Shown: one piece after another, positions 63,212 through 64,000 of the stretch
Position numbering within the stretch: position 1 is the first letter of the stretch
Layout of the letters: each line of letters opens with the position of its first letter
Source of the DNA: Phoronis australis
Lineage: Eukaryota; Animalia; Phoronida
Assembly: GCA_002633005.1 (NCBI GenBank)
Contig: NMRA01000418.1
Location: 79,330-143,329, forward strand
Reading direction: 5' to 3'
Length of the DNA stretch: 64,000 nt
Notes under the pieces: generated by a model
Told to the model about the DNA's origin: nothing
Database searches by the model: none
Seen by the model: the letters and a program-made list of their open reading frames with translations, nothing else
Program-made: the position numbers and the translations under genes

Positions 63212-64000
63212 GTAATTTCTAACAAGGAGGAGCGCTTGTTGCTTGTAAATTAGCTGACAGATAAGTGGATCCCTGTGATCAGAACTCTTGAACACACAGT
63301 GTCAATACGTCATCGCGTCCTGATGAATTAGGTGCACTACTTTGTATTCGGCCTCAAAGGTTTTAGTGACTAGTTTTCTTTTTTATCCGCCCGCATATTT
63401 ATATGTGGGTGCATGTTGCCGTCATCACTGTCTGGGCATCCGGCGTCCGCGGCTTTATCTCCTAAACCCTTGCAGGATCTTATTGAAATTTGGAAGGTGT
63501 GTTCCTATGGGGTTGACGACAGAGGGCAACAAGTTTTGGACCGACCTGAATACCGCTGTGCCCCCTGGTGGCAATTTTATTTTTTTTACGTTTGCCTCAG
63601 AGTCTGTATCTTGAAAGGTCCTCAACCGATTTTCATGAAATTTGGCACATAGGCATCTATTAATGAGGTGAGGCTACATGTCGTGAACACATCCACTAAA
63701 ACAAGAAACTGTAGGAACACCGCATTTATCCACCTTCACTCTTATCAGGCTTCTATTGTGAGTCAGCATGCGTGAATAATTGACTGATAAGCCACCTCTG
63801 GAACTACTTTGGGCTGAATGGATGACCAGGCCATAAAATGATAATTAGCCAAGACCAGTTACTATAATGCAACAAAGAATAAGTAATAATGTCTTGCATC
63901 ACCTAGCCTTGGTGGAAAGCTTTATACTGTATTGGCTCAAACAAACGCTTAGAAAAATTCATTTCACGGGGAGGGGACGCTTATTGTAGTGAGCCTACGG

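Overview
AT-rich, repeat-dense animal genomic DNA with spliceosomal introns, probably from a marine invertebrate, in a draft assembly with N gaps. There are no bacterial-type features. The ORF track misses most of the real genes, so exons were reconstructed by hand from GT-AG sites and exon phase. Main contents: (1) Two tandem minus-strand paralogues of an Ig-superfamily surface protein. Gene A gives a signal peptide (33721-33772), an IgV-like exon lacking the canonical Cys pair (22413-22778), a C2-type Ig exon (17352-17675) and 36-nt micro-exons (4155-4190, 1037-1072), then runs off the left edge. Gene B gives the 3' half: a decayed third Ig exon, five intact 36-nt phase-1 micro-exons (consensus DTIKPTGSGEGG), a 45-nt exon and a terminal exon resembling a GPI-anchor signal (43485-43567). 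The blocks ~715-15040 and ~51348-62038 are the duplicated intronic regions. (2) A zoo of nested DNA transposons: a 5-kb Kolobok carrying a P2X7-ballast-like (KolX) gene convergent with a deleted THAP transposase, three further Kolobok-type TTAA elements, an ISL2EU-like THAP element, a CCC-terminal CACTA-like element, a hAT element inserted into its own family member (5-bp TSD), a pogo-like MITE and a Crypton-like fold-back element. (3) Helentron-like non-autonomous repeats carrying ~140-bp-spaced CTCF-consensus motifs. (4) Decayed L1/Tx1 and Penelope retroelement fragments. All family assignments come from motif recognition, not database searches.
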